A stretch of DNA of 64,000 nt from Chara braunii (taxonomy: Eukaryota; Plantae; Charophyceae). Below, one piece after another: positions 23,660-35,727 of this stretch (the first letter of the stretch is position 1; every line of letters begins with the position of its first letter). A model generated the notes under the pieces. The model did no database searches, was not told the origin of the DNA, and saw only the letters and a program-made list of their open reading frames with translations. Both the position numbers and the translations under genes were made by a program. The DNA lies in the NCBI GenBank assembly GCA_003427395.1, contig BFEA01000028.1, positions 1,969,022 to 2,033,021 on the forward strand, in the 5' to 3' direction.

Positions 23660-24960
23660 CATGATAGGCAATTCGGTGAGCCTTTAGGCGAGGCTCCCAC
23701 AACGCTAAACAACAAGCCGGTCCAGACAGGCAGTCCAGATGGGAAACTCGCTGATTTTATGGGAGCCAAAACAAACCCACCAAACACAAGAGTTCCAGGT
23801 TGGGCGTTGAAGCTTGTTTTGCGAGCACTCACCAAACAAAAAACCCACGAGCTCTGAAACAATTTAGTAGGAACAGTTTGGTGAGGTAGTGAGGCGACGC
23901 CTACCTCGCCAAAGGAAGAGTTTGGTGATTGGTGCAGTGAGGCCCTCAGCGTGAAATACCCAGACCCTCTCTGTACGGATCACCTCCCAACTACAGCTCA
24001 AACGGGATCGATGAGCGGTCCTAAAGGTGGAAAATGCCCATCTTAGTGAACAATTTCTTAATTCCCACATAACTTGATGTGAAAAAGACAAAAATATGGT
24101 GGGTGTATGGGTCTCACTCAACTACTGTCCATTGTCCAATTTCGGACAATACGACATCTCTCCACTACTCTACTTCACAAGTCAAAAATGGGTTGGATAA
24201 TGCTAAGGAATTGCGTGCACAATCTGTTGTCTGACTATGTACAATTTCCAATGTGCAAAAGTCCTTGCATAGATGGTCCTCGCTCCAACCCACGAACCCA
24301 ACTCCTTTTCAGACAGTGAGCTTGGAGTCTGGGTGGACAAAATGCTATTGATGACGTGTTTTGTAGTGTTGTCACGACGTTTGATAGTGAAATCATGAAT
24401 TGGAGAGTTCTACAACAGACAATCGTGGAGCGAAGCCGAGAAAGCACGGGTTTTGGATGCTCTGACAATTGTCCGCGCATTTTCCAAAAAGTTGTACGGA
24501 GGACAGTAGTGGAGCGAGACCCTAACTCTAGATGTTATAGCGGGAGATACGGCGTGGTTGTACTACCTTACCAATTCGTTCGTTGGGAGAATTAAAAAAA
24601 ATGCCGCCTCAGGCAGGGGGTTTGGTGAATGCTCTAGGCAACCCACCAAAATGGTGAGTCGGAGGGCCTCCCTGCACTGCTCACCAAATGTAAAGAATGA
24701 CAATGTATCTTCCGCTAGAACATGGGAAGATACATTGCCATCATTTTTGTCTTTTGTGCATTTGTTGAGTAGTGCGGCCAAGCTTGGAGACACATCTACT
24801 GGTCGTCCATACTTTTTTTTTCCCTTGTGTCGTCTTCAGCCAACTGATCTAGATACGAGGCAACACCTTCCATAGTTAAGTGAGGTGTTGCAACAAGGTC
24901 TCCATCGGGTGAGGTTTTGAGACCTTTTCTCGGTGGTGAGAACTGACCAACTCGTACTTT
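23660..24960. mobile_element. degenerate Harbinger-MITE-related sequence
   Basis: CTCACCAAA/TTTGGTGAG motifs and TIR-like GGTGCAGTGAGGCCC (~23935) and GAGTAGTGCGGCC (~24770), shared with 13891 and 48471. Confidence 0.4.
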
Positions 24961-25898
24961 GGTGCTGAGTGTCCTTTTAAAGGAGGGGTGGGGGAGGTAG
25001 AGTTAATTGGTTGTTCAAAGCAATTTAATTTCCCATACCCCCGTTAAATTTTCGTTGAATCAAAAATGGGGGGGCTCCCGCCATGGCTTTTTCAACGGAT
25101 TGGGTCTGCGGGAGGAAAAGGTAACTTACAGGATACCTTACGGAATTGGGCGAGAGAGAGAGATGGATATGGGGGTTTGAGGGTGAGGCGACTCGAATGG
25201 TCAGGTTAGATTAGGTGATAGGTTAGTAGATTTAGGATTAGATAAGAAAATTAGTGCACGAGTAGAAGGTTATGGCGAGGAGTAGGAATCGAGGTTTTCG
25301 ATCGATTCCTTACGAAAACGAGCGAACAAGACTGTTATGTAGGGGTTTTAGACCAAGGCGACCTCTAATCCGAGGTTAGTTTGGGAGGAATGTCAGTCGA
25401 TAGGGATGTAGAAGAAGAGGAGAAGCGTGAGGATATCGCGAAGAATGTCGAGGAAGAAGGGAGATGTTAGATTCGACCGTTTCTTGGTCGATCTCAACAT
25501 GTGGAGATGGTCTTCCAAGGTGTTGGGAGGGGGCGAATGTGTTGATGGAGTCAAAATTGGAAGGTCGTGAGTGAGTTCGCTGCGGGAGAAAAAGGGACAT
25601 GCATGGTGCAGAGCGGGCAAAGATCGTGGAGTACAATGAAAAGCAGATGTATCTTCCCGTTTTACAACGGAAGATTCATTTCGATTTTGCTCGGCCTATT
25701 GGTGGAGCGTGACCGCTATTTGTCTCCTGGGCTTTAGCGGGAGACTCGTTCTAGTTTCGCGGTCCCGGAGAACAACAGGGCAGAAAACAGGTTGGGGTGA
25801 GCAGGCTAATTTGACCAGGGTGTGCCTGATTCACGTTTTAGTGGTAGGTTCGTAACGATTTTGGTCGTTTCAACGGAAGACTCAATTCAATCCTGCTC

Positions 25899-25982
<84 letters not shown>

Positions 25983-26838
25983 NNNNNNNNNNNNNNNNNN
26001 NNNNNNNNNNNNNNNNNNNNNNNNNNNNNNNNNNNNNNNNNNNNNNNNNNNNNNNNNNNNNNNNNNNNNNNNNNNNNNNNNNNNNNNNNNNNNNNNNNNN
26101 NNNNNNNNNNNNNNNNNNNNNNNNNNNNNNNNNNNNNNNNNNNNNNNNNNNNNNNNNNNNNNNNNNNNNNNNNNNNNNNNNNNNNNNNNNNNNNNNNNNN
26201 NNNNNNNNNNNNNNNNNNNNNNNNNNNNNNNNNNNNNNNNNNNNNNNNNNNNAGAGAGAGAGAAAGAGAGAGAGAGAGAGAAAGACGCCAAATCAAGGTG
26301 GGAGCGGGCTGTTCATAGCCATTAGAGCGGGCGGTGTGGGATGAATTGAACGTCGAAGCTGCGGTGCCGAACTGCGCGCTAGCCTGCTGCAGAGCGGGGC
26401 CTCTTTTTTTTGGGGGGGGGGGGTTGTTGCTGCAGAGACTCGCCGGTTCGTCGTTACCGTAGAAGCGAAATTCAGAGTGTGTGTCGGAGTACAGTGACTG
26501 CGGACTGTGTCTTCAGCGTGTGTGAATGAGCAGCGGTTTAAGGACAAGATTGTAAATGTTGTATCCATGCGACAAAACTGTGTATAGCTGACTTATCACT
26601 TCTCCTTGGTCCACTATTGAGTAGCTGATGCATATCGCTGTGCTATTGCAAGGACTGATAGATTGAGAACTTTTGTCTGATCTTAAGAGTGCAGTGTAGC
26701 GGCAACTGTTTTGAGGAGAGGCGTTGATACTTAGAAGAGTAGTCAAGCTTGCGGGGGTTATTGTTGTGGACTAGGAGGTCGTCAGAGGATTGACTTCGGC
26801 AGTTTGACTTCAGTCTTAACTAAGTTGCTGCTATTTTT

Positions 26839-26854
26839 TGCCATCATTGCGGGG
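26839..26854 (+). promoter_or_regulatory. possible degenerate tRNA-Asp-type primer-binding site (Athila-like LTR element)
   Basis: TTTTTTGCCATCATTGCGGGG loosely resembles TGGCGCCGTTGCCGGGG; several mismatches. Confidence 0.2.
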
Positions 26855-27355
26855 CCCTCAGGCGTATCAAGAAATCAAGGCCCTCTCTCGCGAGTCTGAG
26901 CGCACCATTCTTGTTTCTGAGAGTCTCAACCTATCCCCCTCTGCCTTTCTAACTCTCAGTCTAGTCCTTAGTTACGAGAGGAATGCGGCAGGTGGGATTG
27001 CAACCCGTAGGACTGCAGCAAGACTCTGTGGAGAGTCCACTCACTGATTGCGGGAGCTCTGCCAGAACCTAGGCGAGGTTCTCGAGGCAGGGAACCATCA
27101 GATATTCAATTTTCTGCCTATATGACCCCACAATACCCATGTTTGCCTATTTCCTTTTAGTTTGACTGATGTACGCATGAGATTGTCCCTATGACTTTGT
27201 TTTCTTTCATGACTTAATCAGACTGAATGGAAGGAATGTGTGGGAGTGAAGCATAAGTTTTATTTTTATTTTGATTGAAAGCAGACAAAGGGGGGTGAAC
27301 TGGGGGAAGGTGGGAGGAAGACAGTTTTGCATGCGTTTGACCGGGTCAACCAAAG

Positions 27356-27972
27356 ACTGAGCATTGTTTCTAAGCTGAATGGCCCAGGGCTATGTTTATT
27401 TGGCTGTTTTCTGAAGGGCCAGACATTGTTTCTAAGCTGAATGGCCTGGTTGTTGTGTTCACTTTATGAGGGTTTGCCTGATTTGAAGGGTTTAAGTTTT
27501 TGTTTTATTCTGAGGGAGGATTTTGGTCTAAGGCTGAGCATTGTTTCTAAGCTAAATGGTTTAGCCTGAAAACCACACACATAAGTATAAATTGAGTATA
27601 AAATAAAGTATTATACTTATATTTGCATGTCAACTGGCAGCCGGGCATTGTTTCCAAGCCGAATGGTCTAGCACTAAGCCATATCGCTAAGAAGATAAGA
27701 AAAATTATAGAGTATAATTGGAAGCAGTCTGGGCAAGCTGAACATCGTTCCCAAGCCGAATGGTTTTGTCCCCTGTCCATATTTGCATTTCGTTTGAAAA
27801 CAAAGTCAGAGAGCTACTAAATTTTGGATATTAAACAGTTCAGGGCGGCTAGGCACTGTTTCCAAGCCGAATGGTCTAGTCATATACCCAAAGAAGAGAG
27901 AATTAGTAGTGCAACCTGTTCGTGTATATCTTAAGGCACGCTGAACATTGTTTCCAAGCCGAATGGTTTAGC
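27356..27972. repeat. CRISPR-like array of seven 33-nt hairpin repeats with non-identical spacers (no cas genes)
   Basis: Repeats start at 27356, 27418, 27533, 27640, 27737, 27848, 27940; consensus GCYRRRCATTGTTTCYAAGCYGAATGGYYTAGY; spacers 29, 82, 74, 64, 78, 59 nt. Confidence 0.9.
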
Positions 27973-30900
27973 ATTGTGCCATATGTAAGTTGGGTATAAG
28001 GATTGAATCATTTGAGGGTTTCATGAACTATCTTATATGAAATGACTTGGGGCTGGTGAAAGAACTTGCTCTTTGTGGTTTGACCTGCATGTGACTGACT
28101 GAGATGACCACCTCGTTTGAGTTTTAGTTTGATAGGTAGTTGCTCGCCACGTGTTAGAGCGATAGGAATTAGTTTCAATTCCTACTTTTTCTGAGTTATT
28201 TTTTTTTGCTTAGGTCAATTCTCGCATTTTCTGGGATCATTTTTTTTTATACTTGGCTTTGCATAAATCTTGGCAAGCTACTTTCTCTACGGTAAGCGCT
28301 GCTAAATTTTCTGCAAATCCAAGGAGTTAGTCAGACTTTGACTTTTCGAGGTTCAACTTAGCTAATTTTTATATATAACTTAGTAAAAATTTGGGAAGTC
28401 TCCTTTTCTAAAGAGAGTGTTGCCCAAAGTTTTGCTTATTTAAGGAGTTAGACAAATTGGACTTTGAAGAGTCAAAGTTATCTTCAAATTCTGAACTTAG
28501 CTTTGTATAAATTTTGGAATAACACTTTTCTAGAGGGATAAAATGATTAGAAATAATTTTTTTCCTCAATTAAAATTTCACAAAAATTACCAGTCCATAA
28601 GGGGAAAGAAAGCACAAAACCACTAGCAACTATAACACCTACCACAGAGGGAAAAAAAAAAATGCACAAATAAAGTCCTAAGTAGCAGCATAGGTCTGGA
28701 CATAGAGAAGTCGGTTGTCATCAAAGAATTAGGGGCAGTTAATGAAGGAATAAAATTTTTCAAAAAAATGTTATCCCCCACCAATCACGCAGTAAGACAA
28801 GCAAGAGAAAACTGCACCATTGTCACAAAATAAGCTATCGGTCTGCAAATCCGAAAGCTGGCTTACATGACTCTCATACATCAATGCAGACTGAAGGCAC
28901 AGTTTTGGAAGAATAAACACCGCAGTCAGAAGAGGACGAGACAATAGAACTGACACTAGATCAGAAGGACATGGAGTCAAACAAAAGGCAAGGGTTGGGT
29001 AAGGAGGAGGGAGAGGAGGGAGAAGGATACCAGGGGCAAAGAAGAAGGGAGGAAATATCTCAATGATTGGAGGTCCAGGGGAAGGGGGCAGTGGGTCAGA
29101 CAGGGAGCAAGGAGACAGAGGTAGTGAAGGGGAGATAGGTAAGGGGGTGGATAAAGGATCACTGGGGAAAAGTCCTTGGATGAATGGGGATCCAGAGGGA
29201 GAAAAAGGGTTGGGAGAGCGGTTTCATGGGGAAGAAACCGGGTTTGGTTATCCTCTGCCGACTTGGGAAGACGCTCCGCCTAAACGAGTGGAAAAATCTA
29301 TGGCTACCTATAGTATCAATAAGGAGTATCGAAGTTAACAGGGGAAAGTAAGTTTCTGCTACTTCCTCAGTCACACGAAGACCTCACTGAGAAACATCAA
29401 GAAGAGGTTATGCAAGGGGGACGACAATCAGAGGGAGGAGGAAGTCACCAAGAACTAGAGAAGACAGATCTTGCTAACAAGATAGAGTTGGGGAAAATGA
29501 CAACTACTGATAATCATACACAGATGACAAACGGAAAAAATCTCCAAATGGTAAGGCCCCAACACGATGGGCAACAGAAGCACAACGCCTTTCCTCCTCT
29601 TTCGCCTCCAGACGATATGATAGTCAACAAAAGACAGAAATTGCAAATTTTACTACCGAAAGGTTACGCAAAACTGTCATTATCCAAACTTGGCATTTTG
29701 ATCCTGCCGGTCAGACAAAGTAAAGGAGAATGAGAGGTTGACCTGTCTAAACCAGTTGGATCTGTACACAGAGAAGTAACTGTACATGGAACCCCGGCTG
29801 GTTTTCATTCACCTTTGCTAGGAAAAATGACAGAGGGAGCGCTCTTCAAGGCTGAAATGGCTAAAGTTATTCGAGCGCAGCTTCCACCTGGAGGAGTGGC
29901 GATGCTCATTAGGCAAGGTAGACTCAAGGCATTGGTTGACCCTGTGATCATTCTCAGGTCTAATGAATATTTTCAGAATTATAAAAATACTACAGTCAAC
30001 AGATAACAAACCAAGCAAAGATGGAAGGTATGAATACAATGGACGTGCTTTATAATAGAAATAAGGAATGAAAGTTTCTAAAGAGAGCTGCAGATTTAGA
30101 CCTTCGGTCGCTTAATGTGAATGGTCTAGCGTCTGCCAAGCCACAAAAAAGACAGGCTATCTATGAATAATTCAAAGGAGTGGAAGGTAGAGACTGACCT
30201 GATGCAATGATGGAAATAAAGGTGATAACTATCTTGTGTGTATACGGTCCAAATGAGGTAGAGGAAAGAATAAGGTTCTTTGAATCCTTAAAGAATATTC
30301 TCTCGGTAGGAATCCCAGTTGTAATGGCAGGGAATTTCAACGCAACCCCCAACAAACATCTGGATCGTAGACAGATCCCCTTCCCCTGTCCAGCATACAT
30401 TGAGAAGGATGAACAAATCATTGAGGAGTTGTGTCAATCACTTCATCTCTTCGATGCTTACAAACGCCGCTTCCCTACAAAAAGAACCTACACGTGCTTT
30501 AGAAAAAGTCAAACGATGAGAGCCTCGAAATCCCGCATAGACATGATACTATTGTCAAATGAGTTGGAAGACGCGCTTCAAATAGCAGACATCTTCCCTC
30601 AAAGCGTCTTCCCAGGTCTTGACCATATCATGAATGTGATTTTATTATCATTCAAGAAAAAATCGGATGAAGGCAGAGGATTCTACAAATTAAACACTTC
30701 TATACTAAAAATCGATCGTTTTAAGATATATATACAGGATGTTTGGTCTTTCTGGAAGGAACAGAGGGACCTAATCCAAGATGATATATGTTGGTTCAAC
30801 AATGGTCTACATTTTTTAGGCCGTAAATGCAATGAATATTCCAAATTTTTTGCTCACCAATGTCATTTAGAAGAAATCAATATACAGAAACAACTCAATG

Positions 30901-33900
30901 ACTTATATCAACAAGAAAAAGTAGGTAAAATTAATTTATAATTAGTTAACATAAATACAGAAATTAACGGATTGGAGTCCAAACTACTAGATCATATGGA
31001 ACATTATTGGCAAGGAATCAAAATCAGAGGTAAGATAAATGGTTATATCACGGAAGGGACTATGGATGCTAGGTTCTTTGCAATAACGAAGACTAGAACA
31101 TACCGAACAATCATCGAAGCTCTCTCTGATCCCCAAGGGGATCATCAGTCCCTGACAACATCGACAACAACATGTACAAAAATAGCGAGAGAATTTATTT
31201 TTTTTTCCACATCGGAAAGCAAACACTTACCTCAAGAACAAAGGGAGAACGAGATAAAGAAGTTCCTTCAATCCTTGAATTAAAAAATAACAGCGTATCA
31301 GAGTTCCATGCTATACGAACCACTAACAAAAGAAGAGATATGGACAACCCTCATGATGATGGAGGAGGAAAGAACTCCAGGAATAAACGGATTACCTAAA
31401 GAATTATGAAAAACCATTTGGGACTTTCTCGCCTAAGATCTCATGGATTTCTACCACGCAATATGGGTCTCAGGTAGAATGAGGGAACTCGTGAACCAAG
31501 GGGTGCTAACTTTGTTATATAAAAAAGGAGACAAGACAAATATTCATAATTATAGGTCTATCACCTCACTTTCAGTGGTCTATAAATTGGCAGCGAAGGC
31601 ATTAGCGAATCGTTTGTTGAAAATAGCAACTGAAATCATCCATCCCACTCAAATAGGATTTATTAAGGGTAGGAACATTCAGGATAACATGCTACTGGTT
31701 AATGAATTAATTAAATTATCAAGACAATCCAAACATAACGCTACTTTTATCTTCATAGATTTTGAGAAAGCCTATGATAATGTGGATTGTTTTTTTTTTC
31801 TGAACAAATGTTTGAAAAAGTTTAACTTCGGTCCCAGATTTAGGAGGTGGATATAGATCCTACACTCAGATGCCACTACCAGAGTGATGATAAACGGAAA
31901 CCTAGCACCACCAATCTCACTCGAACGATCAGTGAGACGAGGAAATCCGATTGCCCCTCTTTCTTTTATGTTCATAATGGAGGCCCTAGCGGTCAAAATC
32001 TACGATGCAACAAGAACATTAAAAGAATACAGGTCAGTTATATTCCAGAAGAGACCATACTTGTCTGTTCACTTTTTGCAGATGATCTCTCCTTGATGGT
32101 AAAAACCTCTTTTGATAATTTAGCAGCAATTAAGGTTTTGATGGACAAATTTAATGAACTATCAGATATGAGGATCAACTAGGGGACTAAAACCCAAGGA
32201 TGGTGGATACATCATCAGGGAGTTAGACCCCCAGAGCAACCAAGGATTAACTGGATGTCACTAACAACCTAAATCAGAATGTTAGGTATCTCTTTATCTG
32301 CAGAAGGAAAACCATCACCGAACAATGACTGAATCTCCAAGTCAGCCTTAACTAAATTAGAATTATGGAAAGATAAGCAGACATCTATTATTGGACGATC
32401 GCTGATTATAAACAATGTGATCCTTGCTTCGATATGGTACAAATCAGCAGTATGGTCTTTGGATAAACCGGCTCTCAAACTTCTACAGAAACAAGTTACA
32501 GCTTAACTCTGGAGAGGTAACCATAAATATAAGAACATAATAAGTAGTAAAGTGCCCTGACAAGCGATAATTCAACCTAAGATAAAAAGGGGATTGGGAA
32601 TATTAGACCCCATCACTCAAACAATGACACTCTCCATTCAGTGGATACTAAGGTTACTTTTCAATCCAAATGTACCCTGGTTAGCTCTAGCTTGGGAGCA
32701 AATATCACGAATACCTCCAACAACCCCTGGGGGAACAGATCCGATGATATGGTTGGAAAATCGCTACAGGTCAATCCCAAAAGGTGGAGTATAGACCTCA
32801 ACACAACAAACGAACCCTCATCGTAGAGCAACAAGAGAAGATTTAAAATATGATCCTTTTTTAAAGGATCTGCTACGAACGTGGCGCAAACTACCGCTCC
32901 CAGATAAAGTTCCTCCAAATTGTTGGGAAGAAGTCTGCCAACAACCCCTATTCAACAATAGATGGATCACCGACACTCGGGGTAGGATGCTTCACTACAT
33001 GGATTCTCCCTGGAAGGGATAAATGAGAAAAGGTATACTTAGAATTGGGGATATTTGAAGTGCAGAGGCTCGGGACTGACGTCCTCTCTCAGACGTCAGA
33101 TCCACCTTACGCTACTGTAGGAGGACAGAAGAGGCATTGGAGACAATAATTGAATCCATTCCCTTAGACTGGGTGAAGATCCTCAAGAAAGGACCGCAAA
33201 TCAAGGAAGGTGATTGGGTTGGCATCCAAGGGGATACCCTGCTAGTTGGAAATGTAATTCTGGTAAACTCAGATGAGACCATTCTTATCTCCTTGTTTTC
33301 GCTCACACAAAATAATAAAAGATTATGGAAAGTCAATCAAAGGAAGTCAGATGGGTCACTACAAAGCAAGTTTTCATGATTAGAGTCCTGAGGTGCACAG
33401 AACATTGACTGGTCTTTAGGCCATCATGTGCGATTAATAATTTCGCCTTAGACCTAACATCCTGGATATGGACGGTCCCCATGGGGAGACGAGGAAAATG
33501 CATCCGCTCTCTTCACACACTAACAGTCAAATCAACCTACCGTATGTTAAGACAAAGGTTGAACCTGAGAGACAAAGTGGAAGCAAGATGGATGAAACAA
33601 TTAAATGTCGGCAAGGAGGAAATACGAAATATCAAATGGTTCAAAACAATAAAGACTAAGTCGGCCAAAGGAGCCTCACTGCAATGACAAATAGACCATC
33701 GATGTCTCCCAACCAATGATTGGCTTATAGATAGATCCTCTCTAGAGCAGAGGGTGTTGCTTTACCTTGGTGTAAACTGTGCTGCTCAACTTTTCCGTCT
33801 AGAAAAATTCCGGAAACCATTGAACACATCTTTCTGCAATGTCCAGGTGCAGTTTGGCTGTGGCGATGGTGGGACAGGGTCTGGACCAATATTAACACAT

Positions 33901-34625
33901 CTCAAACCTGGTCGTGGAAATGGAAAGCACTATTATGTGAAACCTGGTCTCCGGATCTGATGGATGAATTTTCACACAATTTATTTGTAAGCGGAAGACG
34001 AGCAATCCTTTGGGCCCTATGGAGGTGCAGATGTACATTTGAAATGGACGGAGCAAGACTGGAAGGCCCAGAATTTACAGAATCAATCAAACTGCAAGTG
34101 CAGACAGTTATCTCAGCTCAATGGGATTTTGTAAAAGAAAAGATTAAATTCCTATCCTCAGAAAAAGAAATTCTACAACACATACAACAGTTCAGTGGCG
34201 CATGGCTAGGGGGACCTCAAGGGGGAAAGATAGGGGAGATTTAAGGGGGCAGAGACAGGGGAGAAATCCTGGCTGGAGGAAAGAAAGAAGTCCAGAAGGA
34301 TTACCGTTTGAATTTTCACGAGTGGACAAATGTAGACCCTACTATACCCCTTCGCCCCCTTTCAGAATTCCCAGACCCCTTCCCTCCCTCCTCCTTAAGT
34401 CTGGTTCCGCTGAGCTGGTTTGGGCTTGAGCAGGAAGAAATGGTTTGAAAGCTTTTTCGAAGCAATTTTGAAGCATTTCCTGCAAATTTCCTACAAAAAA
34501 GTTTAGGAGGTAGTACTGCGAGCAATATCACGGGTATCTGGCGGCCAATTCTGGCTGAAGAGGCAGTTCTTCCTTTTCTCCACACTTCCTGTTTCCTTGA
34601 TTATGTATCAGCATTATTTGTATGA

Positions 34626-34730
34626 GGGACACTGGACCCGTTTTCCAGCAGGTGCAGCTCCCCACCAATAGACTGGAGCTAGTAGCTGGGCTGTTAGTGG
34701 TGGATGTTTATAGCAACATCACTAACAGTC
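34626..34730 (+). ncRNA. conserved LINE 3'-end RNA structure (two predicted H-type pseudoknots plus hairpin)
   Basis: GGG-AC-ACTGGA-CCC-GTTT-TCCAGC-A-GGTG-CA-GCTCC-CCACC-AATAGACT-GGAGC, then hairpin CTGTTAGTG/CACTAACAG; recurs at several other sites. Confidence 0.65.
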
Positions 34731-34731
34731 T

Positions 34732-35145
34732 TTATTTTTTTATTTTTTTTTAAAGCTATGTTCTTCTCTCAATTTCACCTCACACCACCTACCTACCACT
34801 ACTCCTAATTGTAGGCATACGGGGAGCTCCGTAGCAGCGAGAACCGTGTTCACGAGAGAACATGCGGGGGCTGCTCCCGACCTGCTGGTGGGCGATACCG
34901 GCTAGGGGACAACCGGTAGCATCAGGGACCATGCCAACAGGACCAATCCCTGTGCCTCCCCTCAGGTCCCCTCCCCTACGAACATCAGCAGACTCTGCTC
35001 AATGCCGATCGGGGGATCCAGTGGTCTATCTCTAGGTGGCAGGCGCCAAGCATGTCCAGGAAGGTACATGGGGCCAATGGGGATTGAACCCATGACCTCC
35101 TGAATGCCACTTGTGTGCCTTGCCACCTGAGTTAGGCTGCTGGAT
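34732..35145 (-). mobile_element. tRNA-derived SINE
   Basis: Minus-strand head with A-box-like TAACTCAGGTGG and B-box GGTTCAATCCC; A-rich tail (T-run 34732-34751); 14-bp TSD ATCACTAACAGTCT at 34718-34731 and 35146-35159. Confidence 0.85.
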
Positions 35146-35727
35146 ATCACTAACAGTCTCAGTAACATTAAAAATAAAATAAAAATAAAAAATGCAGTCC
35201 TCTGTGAATGTGAAATATGTTGCGCACAGCATGCTGGCCAATTCCCTCGCCAGTAAGGTGCCGAGCCTAACGAATTGAACGGGTCCATGCCAGGCTGGTA
35301 CATCAAAAGCTCGACCCGCTTGTGGGAAGGGGCTCATACTGGTCGTTTTAAAAATATGCATTCTTGAGCCCCGTCATAGCCAAGGCCATGTCTCTCTATT
35401 GGTAAAAGAGGTTAGCTTAGTATTTCCCCCCCCTGCAAAACTATCATTCCCAACCATCCTACACCTGCAATGCCAAAAAAAGAAAAAAAGAAAAAAAAAG
35501 AACACACAAAGACAACAGAAAGACATTGCAAGGTTGGCGCTGTGCCACTCAGACAGAGTCAGACCCCTGCTCCCTCTTGTTTATTTTTTGCTTTAGTAGG
35601 AACATCATGTAGTGATAGCTTGCTTGTTTCCTTAGTATTTTACTGAACATGGAGCCAGGAGAGATTTTCGTCCAAATCGGCATGCCATGGATGATTCCAG
35701 GTCCAGGCCTTAATCTGATATATATAT

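Larger units (their letters stand above)
28700..35192 (+). mobile_element. degenerate L1/Tx1-type LINE, 5'-truncated in ORF1
   Basis: EN motifs (SLNVNGL, CVYGPN, AGNFNA, SRIDMIL, LDH); RT motifs (LLYKKGDK, YRSI, FIDFEKAYD, VRRGNPIAP, LFADD); C-terminal LPTND..C..C..ETIEHIFLQC region; structured 3' UTR; A-rich tail 35166-35192. 5' boundary approximate. Confidence 0.9.

Noticed and set aside
22511-23702. Long ORFs across N gaps (also near 2.5-3.4, 14.4-14.9, 25.8-26.3 and 47.2-48.3 kb)
   Set aside because: Artefacts of N runs and flanking microsatellites.
24120-24560. Possible coding remnant on the minus strand (..RRDNTTKHVINS..) reminiscent of DIRS RNase H
   Set aside because: Single short motif with stops and no supporting RT or recombinase motifs.
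26962-26984. AGTCCTTAGTTACGAGAGGAA resembling the rRNA sarcin-ricin loop
   Set aside because: One-base insertion in the core and no flanking rRNA similarity that I can recognise.
27356-27972. Bona fide CRISPR array or twister ribozyme series (loop GTTCCCAAGCC resembles twister L4)
   Set aside because: No cas genes, eukaryotic TE context, irregular spacer lengths and degenerate repeats; twister P1/P2 and pseudoknot partners are not conserved around the hairpins.
35070-35145. Functional tRNA genes (also ~40141-40205 and ~44690-44760)
   Set aside because: Only A/B-box remnants, no complete cloverleaf; tails and TSDs indicate SINE heads.
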